This document shows positions 1 to 10,139 of a stretch of 64,000 nucleotides of DNA, piece after piece. The stretch covers positions 192,001-256,000 of the forward strand of contig OY776510.1 in assembly GCA_963675665.1 (NCBI GenBank). The letters are read 5' to 3'. Origin of the DNA: Spirochaetia bacterium. Its GTDB lineage: Bacteria; Spirochaetota; Spirochaetia; UBA9216. Both the position numbers and the translations under genes were made by a program. The notes beneath the pieces are model-generated. The model worked only from the letters and a program-made list of their open reading frames with translations. It had not been told where the DNA came from and searched no databases. The stretch's first letter is position 1. Every line of letters starts with the position of its first letter.

Positions 1-3000
1 CGAAGTAGCCCCGACCGCTGAAAAACTTCCGGAAGAAGATGATACATACTGTGCCCCCGGCGGCGTTGCCCCTGGCTGGGCGGATCCGGCGCTTGCGAAA
101 CGATTGTCGCCGCTATAATCCGGCCAGGCTCCTCCCCGATCCTGCTGTTCGACATTGGTATAGAGTTCGGTGGAGCTGCCGGTATCATTCAGCATCCCTC
201 CGGATGAATCGTCGATGGCATCTGATGTTCCGACAAGAAAATGCCTGAATATCAGCCGTTGCTCAAGATTGTCATAGACAGAATAGAAAACATCGGTAGA
301 TGCCGAATTACCGCTGACGGCAAGATCCGGGTACAGATAACGGTTCAGCACTGCAGACGTTACAGGCACTGTTGTATCAACAAGATTCTCAAGCCATAGT
401 CCGTTATCAATAAAATCATATGTAAAATCCGAATTACTGAGATCAGTATACGGCGGGGCTGTTGAATCATAAAAGAAATTTGTAAATATACCGCCGTAAT
501 TACCGGCATTGCTGTCTCCGAAATTACCATTAACTACGTTTACATCAACAAGGGCAGCGTGCTCTCCGTCGGTATTCAAATCAACCGCTGTAAAGGTGAA
601 AAGGTCCCAGTTTGTCACTACATAATTATTTTCCGTATCATCCAGGTAAAACGCCTGCCCGAAACCTTCCGAATTATTGACATATACAAAATGCGGGTCA
701 TCTCCGTCCATAACCATAGACGGGTAAACAGCATGATCAGCCGGAGTTATTGTCCGCCAAGGCCTTGTAATATTCCAGACGCTGATATACCTGTCATCAG
801 AGAGAGCCTGATGCACATCCGAATCTTCCTTGTTATAGACCTCATCATTATCATTTATATTATTGCCGGACGGGACACCGTCCACAATTACGGTAAGATT
901 ACCTGAACCGGCGGCATCAAGCTCAACGAGGAGTTGTTGATCATTATCGCCCGCATCGCTATGAGCCAGAAGAGTCCCCGTCTGCGTAATACCGTCCTCA
1001 TTCAGGGCATCGGGATCAACACTCAGCCGCACGGACGTCGAGCCGGCTGCGGAAGAATCGATATTCCATCCGTGAACCACAAGGGTTTCAAATGTCGACT
1101 GCGAACTTTCGGTTAATACCGGATATTTCCCTGATGCTGATCGGGCAAAAGTATCTGAAAATGCAGACGACAGCATTGTCTCGATCTTTGAAATATAAGG
1201 CACAACATCATATGTACGGGTAACGGAGTCGGTTCTTCCGGCTGAATCGGTTACAATAAACTCAACCGTTGTTCCCAACCCGGTCGGCAGCGCGGAAGAA
1301 TCCCAGTTGTAGATCCAGTTCGCCCGGTGAAGTATAACACCGGAATCTTCAACAAACCCCGATCCGCTTTCAAGCGGTGTATTGTCGGCGGTATATTCCA
1401 GCCTGTCGTCAACCTCATCCCATTGGGCAAAGACAACAGCTGCCGTTCCATTAATACTGACGGCCAGCGATTCTATCTGTTGATTATCTTCCGCCTGCCC
1501 CGAGAAAGGGGCCGTTCCACTGATAGATATACTTCCGCCCATTTCAATGTGTCCCTCACCGGAAGTTTTTACATTAATAGCATCAGCTGAAGTTAATTCG
1601 TAAAAATCCATATCCGGGTCTGCAATATCAGTATTTTCAACGGTAACAGTCAGAGTGAGAGTCTCTTCATACCCCTTGGGATCGGTTACGGAAAACTCAA
1701 TCTCATAATCGCCGTCTCCGTCGGCAAAAACATCTGTTGATGAAGTATCCAGGGTACCTGTTGAAGAGACTGAACCCAAATCAGTCCAGCTGCCGGCGGG
1801 AAGGGGCCGGATCCGTATACCGTATGTTTCAGCTCCGTTTGCCCCGTCATATACAATATTAAACTGATAATCAAGGTCACCGAAAACAGTGTTGTTTTCG
1901 GTGCTGTCCGTTCCGTATGTTCTGATTTCTCCCGCTTCGATATAAGAGTCATGATCATAATCCCAGCCGGCTTCAACAGAGGTTATTTCAGGCGCATGAT
2001 TCTTGATATTGCCGCCTGTTACAGTTTCCGTGAAAGAATTCCCTGAGTTATCGAAGATCCCGTAAAGAACTTCAAGTGTTCCGTCATCAAATGATGTCGA
2101 ATCAAATTTCGCCCACCATGTCCAGGTAGAACCGGAAATTGCCATTGATTCGTTAAATCCGTCGTCGTCACCATTGCTTGAACCATCATTGCCGACTTCG
2201 GTGCGGGAATCGATAACAATCGGAGTTCGTATCCCTTTGGAATTAAGCGGGTTTACAGGGGTTCCGTCAAGTTCAAATGTAACTTCTATGCGATCAATTC
2301 CGGAAACAGTCCCGGTATCAACTGCAGTCCCCTGTACAAGAGCCGTTCCTGAAAGGTCGGTCACCCCGGCAGTATATGTCCCTGAAGGCAAAAGATTGTC
2401 TATATTAAGATTAATTCCCGTAAGCGTTTTGTAATCGGCGGTATCGAGAGCTTCAAGTCTTAAATAAAGTATCCCCGAACTGCCGATAATATCATCGGAA
2501 TCAATTGAATGAGAAAAATAATATGTCGCTCCAAGGTTGTTTCCGATAGTAGTCCAGTCAACTCCGCCGTTATAACTTATCCTCAGTCTTTTAACTGAAT
2601 CATCGTCGTTGACATATCCGGTAAGATTAAAGGTCCCTTTTTCGTAATCTCCCGACGCATGACTTAAATCGCTGAAATATGGAACTGTATCATCAAAAGT
2701 AACCTGTACGGTTTCAATATTCCCGGCGAGATCAGGCACTCCGTCTTTCTGGTCTACTGCCCGCACATCAATTTTTACTGTTCCGTTATGATCTATACCG
2801 TTCGGATAAAATTCTCCGTCCGCATTCAGTTCAACCTGCCAGGTTCCTGTTCCGCTTATCTCATACCACGAATCGTCGCCGTATACATCATCAAGACCGA
2901 GCAATGCGTCAAGCTCAAAAAGTTCGGTAAAAACACTTCCTCCGGCAGAGTCCTCTCCTTTCCAGATTCTAAGTTCAATATGATCCAGCGCCTCGTCCAA

Positions 3001-4860
3001 CTCGTTTTTGTCATCCCAGGCACTTCCCGAAAGCATTACAGAACCGGCAAGAATTGCTCCATCCGATGGTGATGCAATATTTATTCCGGGACGGTCAAGA
3101 CTGTTGTCTATATAAATTCGGTGTTCCGCAAGTGTAATATTATCCGCCTTGTCTGTTGCTTCCGCCCAGATCTTCAGCTCCCAGATACCTGTGCCTGATT
3201 CAGGCAATCCCGAACCGTTCACCTCTACGGCCATACTGGTGTTCTCATAATCAGAACTGACTATACTCCGCTGCCAACTGTAAAATTCCGAAGGCGAAAG
3301 AACTTCTGCTGCCGCGGGTGCCCAGGCCAGGCCGCCTATCTGAAGTTTTACCTGCTTAAGAGACCAGTTATCTGAAGAAACTCCCTGAAGAGTTGTTGTT
3401 CCGTTTATAAAAAGATCCGCTGCAGGCGAAAGGAATTCAACCGAGGGAGCTGAAATATCTACAAAAACCTGCATACTGTAATGAGAGGTTTTCCCTGAAT
3501 TGTCAATTGCATCAACTCTGATATCTACAGCTCCGGCTGCAGCATCTTCCACGTCATGGCTCCAGCTTATACTCTCTCCGGGAACAATGGAAACTTCTTC
3601 ATATTCATTGTTATTAATGCTGATTTCAATGCTTTGAATAGCTCCGCCTGTATCCTCGGCAGTTCCGGTAATCGTAAAATTGCCTGAAGAAAGATAAGCG
3701 CCCTGAGCCGGCGAATCAACATTTACAGACGGAGCCGTTTTATCGATTGTAAACGGGACCACTGAGGAATAGCCGGTAAGCGAAGCATCCCCCGCTGATT
3801 TGCCGGTATCTGCAGCTTTTACCTGTAAAGCATAAATTCCGTTATCAAGAGAAGAAAGATCATAACTCCAGCGGACAAAACCGCCGCTTCCGTTAAGCTG
3901 TTCTCCGCTTAGAGACTGCCAGGAACTTCCGCCGTCCGTGCTCAACTCAACCGAATCAACATCCACTTCATCATCATCTTCTATATAACCTACCGCTACC
4001 GAAGTACCGCCCATGATATTGTCTTCCGCACTTCCGCCCTCTTCAGGATTGCTGATTACGACCCTTGGTTCATCAAGACTCAGATCAACTTCAACTTCCT
4101 GCTCAGTCATCCTTAAAGGAGCCAGGTTCTGGGTTCCCAGTTTGCCGCTGAGCTCTGCAGCCGCAATGTCTTCAATCTTTGCATCAGAGGTAAAATCCGA
4201 GGAATGATAAAGCCAGCTGTTTGAATTTCCGGCCGAGTCATAAGCTTTAATCCTTACAGAGTAGGTTCCGGTGCCGATGGTATTAAGAACAAAGCTCCAT
4301 CCGTTTGTACCCTGAAAGGATGAAACTGTTGCAGAACCGGTGACTACTGTTGCTTCAAGATGATCTATACGGCTGAAAAGATAATCATATGCTTCACCCC
4401 GGATTACCGGAGAATTCGTTGAAGCGCCCGAGGTAATACCCTCGCTGCTTGTAACCAAAACAGTAGGCGGCGTATTATCAAAATAAAGCAGAAGTCTTTT
4501 TTCGGTTTCACGTCCTGAGGAGTCGGTTATATACAGGATTATTGTATATTCTCCGTCATCGTATAATGACGTATCCAGGGCCAGCGACCAAAGGGTTATT
4601 TCTCCCTGCAGCAGTTCTGCATCGAAAACCTCTGTTCCAAGCACCATTCGAACAGATTCAATTTTAACATCATCAGTTGAAGTTCCGTTAAGAACAATTT
4701 TTCCGCGTACGTAATCACCGTTTTCATAGGTATCAATTACACCGGTCGGGTTTTCTATATCGGCGGCAGGGCCAAGACCCAAAATTGGATTTTTACATCC
4801 TGAAGTAAAAACTGCCGTAATTAGTAACGTTAAAACAAGTAAATATATTATTTTTTTCAT
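1..4860 (-). CDS. Giant secreted lipoprotein with tandem Ig-like (Big) domains; partial, runs off the left edge (>=1620 aa)
   Basis: Not in the ORF track because no stop codon lies in the window. ATG at 4860 gives MKKIIYLLVLTLLITAVFTSGC (signal peptide with lipobox-like Cys), followed by repeated Big-type segments such as FDNTPPTV, IDKTAPSVNVDSP, VDISAPSVEFLSP and YSVRIKAYDSAGN. Frame checked at both ends; the middle was not fully translated. Confidence 0.85.
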   Translation of the reverse strand, partial: MKKIIYLLVLTLLITAVFTSGCKNPILGLGPAADIENPTGVIDTYENGDYVRGKIVLNGTSTDDVKIESVRMVLGTEVFDAELLQGEITLWSLALDTSLYDDGEYTIILYITDSSGRETEKRLLLYFDNTPPTVLVTSSEGITSGASTNSPVIRGEAYDYLFSRIDHLEATVVTGSATVSSFQGTNGWSFVLNTIGTGTYSVRIKAYDSAGNSNSWLYHSSDFTSDAKIEDIAAAELSGKLGTQNLAPLRMTEQEVEVDLSLDEPRVVISNPEEGGSAEDNIMGGTSVAVGYIEDDDEVDVDSVELSTDGGSSWQSLSGEQLNGSGGFVRWSYDLSSLDNGIYALQVKAADTGKSAGDASLTGYSSVVPFTIDKTAPSVNVDSPAQGAYLSSGNFTITGTAEDTGGAIQSIEISINNNEYEEVSIVPGESISWSHDVEDAAAGAVDIRVDAIDNSGKTSHYSMQVFVDISAPSVEFLSPAADLFINGTTTLQGVSSDNWSLKQVKLQIGGLAWAPAAAEVLSPSEFYSWQRSIVSSDYENTSMAVEVNGSGLPESGTGIWELKIWAEATDKADNITLAEHRIYIDNSLDRPGINIASPSDGAILAGSVMLSGSAWDDKNELDEALDHIELRIWKGEDSAGGSVFTELFELDALLGLDDVYGDDSWYEISGTGTWQVELNADGEFYPNGIDHNGTVKIDVRAVDQKDGVPDLAGNIETVQVTFDDTVPYFSDLSHASGDYEKGTFNLTGYVNDDDSVKRLRISYNGGVDWTTIGNNLGATYYFSHSIDSDDIIGSSGILYLRLEALDTADYKTLTGINLNIDNLLPSGTYTAGVTDLSGTALVQGTAVDTGTVSGIDRIEVTFELDGTPVNPLNSKGIRTPIVIDSRTEVGNDGSSNGDDDGFNESMAISGSTWTWWAKFDSTSFDDGTLEVLYGIFDNSGNSFTETVTGGNIKNHAPEITSVEAGWDYDHDSYIEAGEIRTYGTDSTENNTVFGDLDYQFNIVYDGANGAETYGIRIRPLPAGSWTDLGSVSSTGTLDTSSTDVFADGDGDYEIEFSVTDPKGYEETLTLTVTVENTDIADPDMDFYELTSADAINVKTSGEGHIEMGGSISISGTAPFSGQAEDNQQIESLAVSINGTAAVVFAQWDEVDDRLEYTADNTPLESGSGFVEDSGVILHRANWIYNWDSSALPTGLGTTVEFIVTDSAGRTDSVTRTYDVVPYISKIETMLSSAFSDTFARSASGKYPVLTESSQSTFETLVVHGWNIDSSAAGSTSVRLSVDPDALNEDGITQTGTLLAHSDAGDNDQQLLVELDAAGSGNLTVIVDGVPSGNNINDNDEVYNKEDSDVHQALSDDRYISVWNITRPWRTITPADHAVYPSMVMDGDDPHFVYVNNSEGFGQAFYLDDTENNYVVTNWDLFTFTAVDLNTDGEHAALVDVNVVNGNFGDSNAGNYGGIFTNFFYDSTAPPYTDLSNSDFTYDFIDNGLWLENLVDTTVPVTSAVLNRYLYPDLAVSGNSASTDVFYSVYDNLEQRLIFRHFLVGTSDAIDDSSGGMLNDTGSSTELYTNVEQQDRGGAWPDYSGDNRFASAGSAQPGATPPGAQYVSSSSGSFSAVGATS

Positions 4861-4957
4861 AAACCAGGTTTCCTGCTTAAGATTACATATAATTTATCTC
4901 ATTAAAATATAAATTCATTAATCTTTTAATTTTCGGCATGATTTTTGTTATGGATTA

Positions 4958-4990
4958 GAAAAAAAGCCGACTTCTCAATAGCAGTCGGCT
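4958..4990 (-). terminator. Intrinsic terminator downstream of thrS
   Basis: AGCCGACT(4965-4972)/AGTCGGCT(4983-4990) hairpin followed by a T-run on the minus strand. Confidence 0.7.
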
Positions 4991-5042
4991 GAGTAAAAAA
5001 GAATATATTTTTGTAAAAACGAAACAATTACTTTTATCGGTT

Positions 5043-6788
5043 CTATTCCTTGTTCTCTATCTTCTCATTTATCATTGACAGAAAATCGGCAAAAGGTACG
5101 CCGTTTGTCTGTTTCCCGGTGCGCAGCCTGACGGAAACAGCTCCTTCCAGTTCTTCCTTTTCGCCGATAATCAGCATATACGGAATCTTCTGGTTCTGGG
5201 CGTTTCGTATCTTTGCATTCATCCTTGAATCGGAAAGGTCCGCATCAACCCTGATTCCTTCAGCCTTAAGGTCCGCCGCCACTTTTTTGGCATAGTCGTC
5301 AAAGGCTGAGGCAACCGGGATCACACTGACCTGTACCGGCGAGAGCCAGACAGGAAAGGCGCCGCCGAAATGCTCGATAAGAACACCGAAAAACCTTTCT
5401 ATTGAACCCAGCAGGGCACGATGAACCACGTACGGCTGCTTTTCCTTTCCGTCGTGATCAACAAAAGTCATTTTAAACCGCTCGGGCAGGTTAAAATCAA
5501 ACTGTATTGTCGAAAGCTGCCAGTCGCGGCCCATGGCGTCTTTAACCTTGAGATCAATCTTGGGACCGTAGAACGCCCCGCCGCCCTCGTCAACATCGTA
5601 ATCGAGCCCCTGTGCCTCAATGGCCTTTCGCAGCGATTCGGTTGCCGCATCCCACTTTTCCGGAGCGCCCACGCTCTTGTCTCCCAGCGGCATTGTAGAG
5701 AGATATGCCTTGAATTCGGAAAAACCGAATGATCGCAGCATAAACAGCGAAAACCGAAGGGTCTCGGCAATTTCGTTCTCCATTTGCTCCGGAGTACATA
5801 TTATATGCGCATCATCCTGGGTGAATCCCCGGACACGCATAAGCCCGTGAAGAACTCCGGATTTTTCATAGCGGTAAACCGTTCCCAGCTCGGCCCACCG
5901 GCATGGAAGCTCGCGATATGAACGCTTTGAGTTGTTGTAAATCATAATATGAAAAGGACAGTTCATCGGCTTTGCGTAATAGTCGCTGGCATCCATTTCC
6001 ATCGAGTTGAACATTCCTTCCTTGTAAAAATCAAGGTGTCCGGAAGTTTCCCACAGCCAGGACTTGCCGACATGGGGTGTATAAACCATCTCGTAACCGT
6101 TTTTGTAGTGTTCTTTTCTCCAGAAATCCTCGATGGCAAGTCTTATTCTGGCGCCTTTTGGGTGCCAGTAAACAAGCCCCGGACCGGCATCTTCATGCAA
6201 GCTGAACAGATCAAGCTCTCTGCCCAGTTTGCGGTGATCGCGCTTTTCCATTTCTTCAAGGTGCTGCAAATGCATACGCAGGTCTTTGGGATTGGTCCAG
6301 GCGGTTCCGTAAATTCGTTGCAGCATAGGGCGGCTCTCGTCGCCGCGCCAGTACGCGCCTGCAATACTCAACAGTTTAAATGACTGCGGGTTAAGCTTTC
6401 CCGTATTTTCCACATGCGGGCCTCGGCAGAGATCGGTAAACCCGCCCTGGTTATAGGTTGTGATAACCTCGTTTTCGGGCAGTTCATTGATGAGCTCAAT
6501 CTTATAAGGCTGATCCTTGAACATTTCAAGGGCCTCGGTTTTGGTAACCTCTTTTCTGATGAAATCCTTGCCGGCTTTCATGATCCCGCGCATACCGTCG
6601 CTGATTTCTTCCAGATCTTCCGGCGTCAATGATCTGGGCAGTTCAAAGTCATAGTAAAAACCGTTTTCAATCGAAGGCCCGATTGCAATCTTTGCCTCCG
6701 GGAATTTCTCAAGAACAGCCTCCGCCATGATATGCGCGGTAGAATGCCTGATCAAATCAAGTTTTCCCTGTTTCTCGTCGTTTTTCAT
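5043..6788 (-). CDS. thrS: Threonine--tRNA ligase (short form lacking the N-terminal TGS domain)
   Basis: RHSTAH editing motif, DLCRGPH, RDHRKLG, KPMNCPFH, RVRGFTQDDAH, GAFYGPKID, HRALLGSIERF; SD TAGGAG upstream. Confidence 0.98.
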   Translation of the reverse strand: MKNDEKQGKLDLIRHSTAHIMAEAVLEKFPEAKIAIGPSIENGFYYDFELPRSLTPEDLEEISDGMRGIMKAGKDFIRKEVTKTEALEMFKDQPYKIELINELPENEVITTYNQGGFTDLCRGPHVENTGKLNPQSFKLLSIAGAYWRGDESRPMLQRIYGTAWTNPKDLRMHLQHLEEMEKRDHRKLGRELDLFSLHEDAGPGLVYWHPKGARIRLAIEDFWRKEHYKNGYEMVYTPHVGKSWLWETSGHLDFYKEGMFNSMEMDASDYYAKPMNCPFHIMIYNNSKRSYRELPCRWAELGTVYRYEKSGVLHGLMRVRGFTQDDAHIICTPEQMENEIAETLRFSLFMLRSFGFSEFKAYLSTMPLGDKSVGAPEKWDAATESLRKAIEAQGLDYDVDEGGGAFYGPKIDLKVKDAMGRDWQLSTIQFDFNLPERFKMTFVDHDGKEKQPYVVHRALLGSIERFFGVLIEHFGGAFPVWLSPVQVSVIPVASAFDDYAKKVAADLKAEGIRVDADLSDSRMNAKIRNAQNQKIPYMLIIGEKEELEGAVSVRLRTGKQTNGVPFADFLSMINEKIENKE

Positions 6789-6821
6789 ATTTATCTCCTA
6801 CAGGCAGGATTACCCGGACAT

Positions 6822-7148
6822 AAAAAAACCCTTATACCTGCCGTCCTTACATTATTGTAAGGACGAAAAGCATAAGAGCTCTAAAAAGCCCCGCTTTCCG
6901 CGGTCCCACCTTACTTCGAAAAACTAAAGTGAGGCGTAGCCGAACTTTAGTTTTCGCACTCTCAGAGTTTACGCCTTCAGGGCGGCCTGAATTACTGGAA
7001 ACATTCGAAGGATGACAGCATCCTGAGAATGTCTCGTTCCGACAGGCAGCTCGGGAGTGGTTTTCACAGGGTATCGGTCCACATCTTCCAGCCGCAGGAT
7101 GCGTTCTCTGTTCACCGGAAAGCCCTCTTACTCGTCTCCGTCAATGCT
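6822..7148 (-). ncRNA. T-box riboswitch (Thr-specific) in the thrS leader
   Basis: Minus strand shows Stem I with GA motif, AGUA, AGAGA and GCUG elements; specifier GAAA-ACC-A (ACC = Thr, 7059-7061); T-box AAGG-UGGG-ACC-GCG (6899-6912) pairing with CGUCCUUAC; alternative terminator CGUCCUUAC/GUAAGGACG (6842-6865) and a U-run (6822-6828). Confidence 0.9.
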
Positions 7149-7155
7149 GTTGTTT

Positions 7156-7186
7156 ATAATATGCTCATTTGAAACAAATCTGTCAA
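7156..7186 (-). promoter_or_regulatory. Putative sigma70 promoter of the T-box/thrS transcript
   Basis: TTGACA at 7181-7186 (minus strand) and an AT-rich -10 region (CATATTAT) just before the start of Stem I. Confidence 0.55.
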
Positions 7187-7246
7187 GATGATCTTCTTCA
7201 GCTTATATTCTTCAGCGAAGCCCCGCAAGACAACAGGGGTTGATTA

Positions 7247-8131
7247 TCAGTTGATTTCGGAAGTCAGTTCAACGGATATAAAATGTATATCAACAGGTTC
7301 TTCATTAAAATCCGTCCAGCTGTCGGTTAGTCTCTCGACACCCAGATACAATGCGGCCCTGCCTGTTTCTCCTGAAACGGCGATCCCTCCGCGCAGGCTG
7401 CAGTCGATTCCCAGGGGCGCCAGACCTGTTACCAAAGTGTCTTCCGTTCGTTGTGTAAGTGAAACGGAACCGTCGGCCAATACGGCCAGCTGCGGTTCCG
7501 ATAAAAACTCGCCGCAAATCCTGAAAAATCCCGCGGCATGCCGCAAATCCGGCTGGGGCGGAGCTTCCTGAAAAACCGCGGGCAGGTTGATTCCTCCCTC
7601 AACCGCCATGTTTGCGGTTAAAAGAAACCGTCCGGCATCAACAAGTTTAAAATCGTCCCCTGGTCTGACGGCAAGGAACAGGAGATCATGAATCTGCAGC
7701 CGGACGGAACGCCGGTCAACCTCATGTTTGCAGTCGTGCTGAAACCCGGATTCAATTAGTACAGGGTTCAGATTGATGTACATTAAAAGACGTAAATCGG
7801 AAATAATCGAGCCTGCATTGAATATCCATTCACTTAAAGGTTCGGGCGCCGCGGAGAAATGAAAAGTTTCTTCGGCAAGCCCTGAAACTGCAAAAAAACT
7901 GCTCGAGAATATGTTGATATTAACTCCGCATTTCCAGTCATGGCCGAAATCCGGAACCTGCTGCTGATTAAGAACATGCCGGAAAGAAACCCAGCTGCCT
8001 GCTCCCGTCATTACCCCGGGGGTTTCGGAAAAAACAGGGGTATAAAAGATTTGAGGAGTTTTTACTACCTGGGCAAAGAGGGGGATAGCCATAAGCAGTA
8101 ATAAAAATGATATGTATGTTTTCTTTCTCAT
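7247..8131 (-). CDS. Secreted hypothetical protein, possibly an outer-membrane beta-strand protein
   Basis: 294 aa ORF; signal peptide MRKKTYISFLLLLMAIPLFA; amphipathic beta-like segments. Confidence 0.6.
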   Translation of the reverse strand: MRKKTYISFLLLLMAIPLFAQVVKTPQIFYTPVFSETPGVMTGAGSWVSFRHVLNQQQVPDFGHDWKCGVNINIFSSSFFAVSGLAEETFHFSAAPEPLSEWIFNAGSIISDLRLLMYINLNPVLIESGFQHDCKHEVDRRSVRLQIHDLLFLAVRPGDDFKLVDAGRFLLTANMAVEGGINLPAVFQEAPPQPDLRHAAGFFRICGEFLSEPQLAVLADGSVSLTQRTEDTLVTGLAPLGIDCSLRGGIAVSGETGRAALYLGVERLTDSWTDFNEEPVDIHFISVELTSEIN

Positions 8132-8204
8132 TCTTTTATCATATTATATCATATAAAATATCGGGAGCGACAATCTTCAACATTAGAGCGAGGTTCTATC
8201 AGCA

Positions 8205-9230
8205 ATGTACAGTTTTAAAAATGATTACTCCGACGGTGCACATCCGGCAATACTGAAAGCGCTTGCCGAATCAAACGATGTTCAAACGGAAGGCTACGGC
8301 GAAGACAGGTTCAGCCTTGAAGCGACAAACCTGTTAAAGCGTAAAATCGGCAGGAAAGATGTTGATGTTCATTTTATAACCGGAGGGACTCTTACAAACC
8401 AGGTCGCAATATCAGCTTTTCTGAAGCCGCATGAGGCGGTGATTTCAGCAAAATCAGGGCACATCTACGTTCATGAAACCGGAGCAATTGAAACAACCGG
8501 GCACAAGGTTATCCCGGTAGAGTCTTCGGACGGCAAGCTTTATCCAAAACAGATTGTGGATGTAGTTACGGAACATCATTTTGAGCATATGGTTAAACCC
8601 AGGCTTGTATATATTTCACAGCCCACGGAAACAGGAACCCTTTACTCCAGGACGGAACTTGAAGAACTTTGGAAATTATGCGGCAAACTCAACCTTCTGT
8701 TATACATCGACGGTGCAAGACTGGCTTCGGCAATTGCTTCCCGAAAAAGCGATACAACCTTACCCGATTATGCAAATCTGTGCGACTCTTTTTACATCGG
8801 AGGAACAAAAAACGGAGCCCTTTTCGGAGAGGCTCTTGTAATATGCAACGATCATCTTAAAAAAGATTTCAGATATCACCTGAAACAGAAGGGGGCTCTC
8901 TCGGCAAAAGGAAGGGTTCTGGGAATCCAGTTTCTGACGCTTTTCACTGATGATCTATATCTGAAGCTTGCAGCCCATTCAAATAAAATGGCCGAAAAAC
9001 TGCAAAGCGGGATAGAATCGGCGGGTTTTAAAATGCTGTTTCATTCATATACCAATCAGATTTTTCCAATCATGCCGGAAGAGGTTATTGCCGGGCTTGA
9101 AAAGAAATATCTTTTTTACCGCTGGGAAAAAACAGCAGACGGCAGCCCGACTATCAGGCTTGTATGCTCATGGTCTACGGAAGAAAAATACATAGACGAC
9201 TTTATCAAATCCTGTTCGGAATTCTCATAA
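8205..9230 (+). CDS. ltaE: Low-specificity L-threonine aldolase family (PLP)
   Basis: SFKNDYSDGAHP, YGED, GGTLTN, HETGAIE, YISQPTETGTLY, DGARL, YIGGTKNG. Confidence 0.88.
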   Translation: MYSFKNDYSDGAHPAILKALAESNDVQTEGYGEDRFSLEATNLLKRKIGRKDVDVHFITGGTLTNQVAISAFLKPHEAVISAKSGHIYVHETGAIETTGHKVIPVESSDGKLYPKQIVDVVTEHHFEHMVKPRLVYISQPTETGTLYSRTELEELWKLCGKLNLLLYIDGARLASAIASRKSDTTLPDYANLCDSFYIGGTKNGALFGEALVICNDHLKKDFRYHLKQKGALSAKGRVLGIQFLTLFTDDLYLKLAAHSNKMAEKLQSGIESAGFKMLFHSYTNQIFPIMPEEVIAGLEKKYLFYRWEKTADGSPTIRLVCSWSTEEKYIDDFIKSCSEFS

Positions 9231-9231
9231 C

Positions 9232-9258
9232 AGGAGAAGCGCAGACCACGCTTCTCCT
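9232..9258. terminator. Hairpin between convergent genes
   Basis: AGGAGAAGCG-cagacca-CGCTTCTCCT perfect 10-bp stem immediately after the ltaE stop. Confidence 0.6.
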
Positions 9259-9308
9259 CCGGCTGTTTATACCTTTTCAAGCATTTTTATTTGCATCCAG
9301 GTTAATAT

Positions 9309-10139
9309 TTACTTCATTACATCACAGTCTGCGGTAAACTCCTGATTGACCCCGTATTCCCAGGGTTTATTGGGAGTTTCAGTTACATCGAAATATTTGA
9401 AACCTTCTTCATAATCGATGAGCTTTACATCCATGCCTTCATCTTCCGCTTTTTCCATAAAACTGCTTATTGAACTTTTAATGTTGTCTTCAAGCCCCTT
9501 TCCGGGTTTAACTACAAGCATCGAAGTATCCTTTCGTAGTTCATCATTCCAGGGCATCGTACCATAAAGAAAAACACCTGTATTCAGACAGTCCGAAAAC
9601 GGGCAATCCTCGCCGATGAAGGCCCTCAAAACATCAGGGCAGCACCCGCAATAGCCGACCATTCCAAGATTATCAGCTTGTATACAGAGTTCGTCAGTTC
9701 TGTTGACGAGATCGGTTATAAGCAGCTCCAGATCTTTGTCCGGATACGTAGGGTCATAGGTTACGGCAATCATTCCGTGTGCAGCAACAAGCGCCCCCCA
9801 GTCAATATGCCTGCCTGTATTCTTGGCTTTCAACCCGGCAAATCCATTATAAATCACAACTGCCGGAAGCTTGCTGTCAAACGAGAAACCTGGCGGATAA
9901 TAAATATCCATAAATTTATCCTGTGCATAACGGTCATTAACTTTAACCTGCACAAGATCCATCTGCGGTACCGTGTAAACTGTGCTTGCAACATTCAGCA
10001 ACAGCTCCTTCTCTTTCTGGCTTCGCCTTTTTGCTCCCGAAATTAAAGCTGTACCCGAATCGTCCCCGCTGCAGGCCTGTAAAACAAGTATTGATATCAT
10101 AACCAGGCCAAACAGTTTTTCTTTTTTCAAGATTTTCAT
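9309..10139 (-). CDS. Lipoprotein with alpha/beta-hydrolase-like fold
   Basis: Lipobox LQAC; MDIYYPP...LPAVVIYNG, GMIAVTYD, elbow-like GMVGYCGCC. Confidence 0.6.
   Translation of the reverse strand: MKILKKEKLFGLVMISILVLQACSGDDSGTALISGAKRRSQKEKELLLNVASTVYTVPQMDLVQVKVNDRYAQDKFMDIYYPPGFSFDSKLPAVVIYNGFAGLKAKNTGRHIDWGALVAAHGMIAVTYDPTYPDKDLELLITDLVNRTDELCIQADNLGMVGYCGCCPDVLRAFIGEDCPFSDCLNTGVFLYGTMPWNDELRKDTSMLVVKPGKGLEDNIKSSISSFMEKAEDEGMDVKLIDYEEGFKYFDVTETPNKPWEYGVNQEFTADCDVMK

Noticed and set aside
5043-9230. thrS and threonine aldolase as a threonine regulon
   Set aside because: Opposite strands, separated by an unrelated gene and no shared regulatory site seen; may be coincidental
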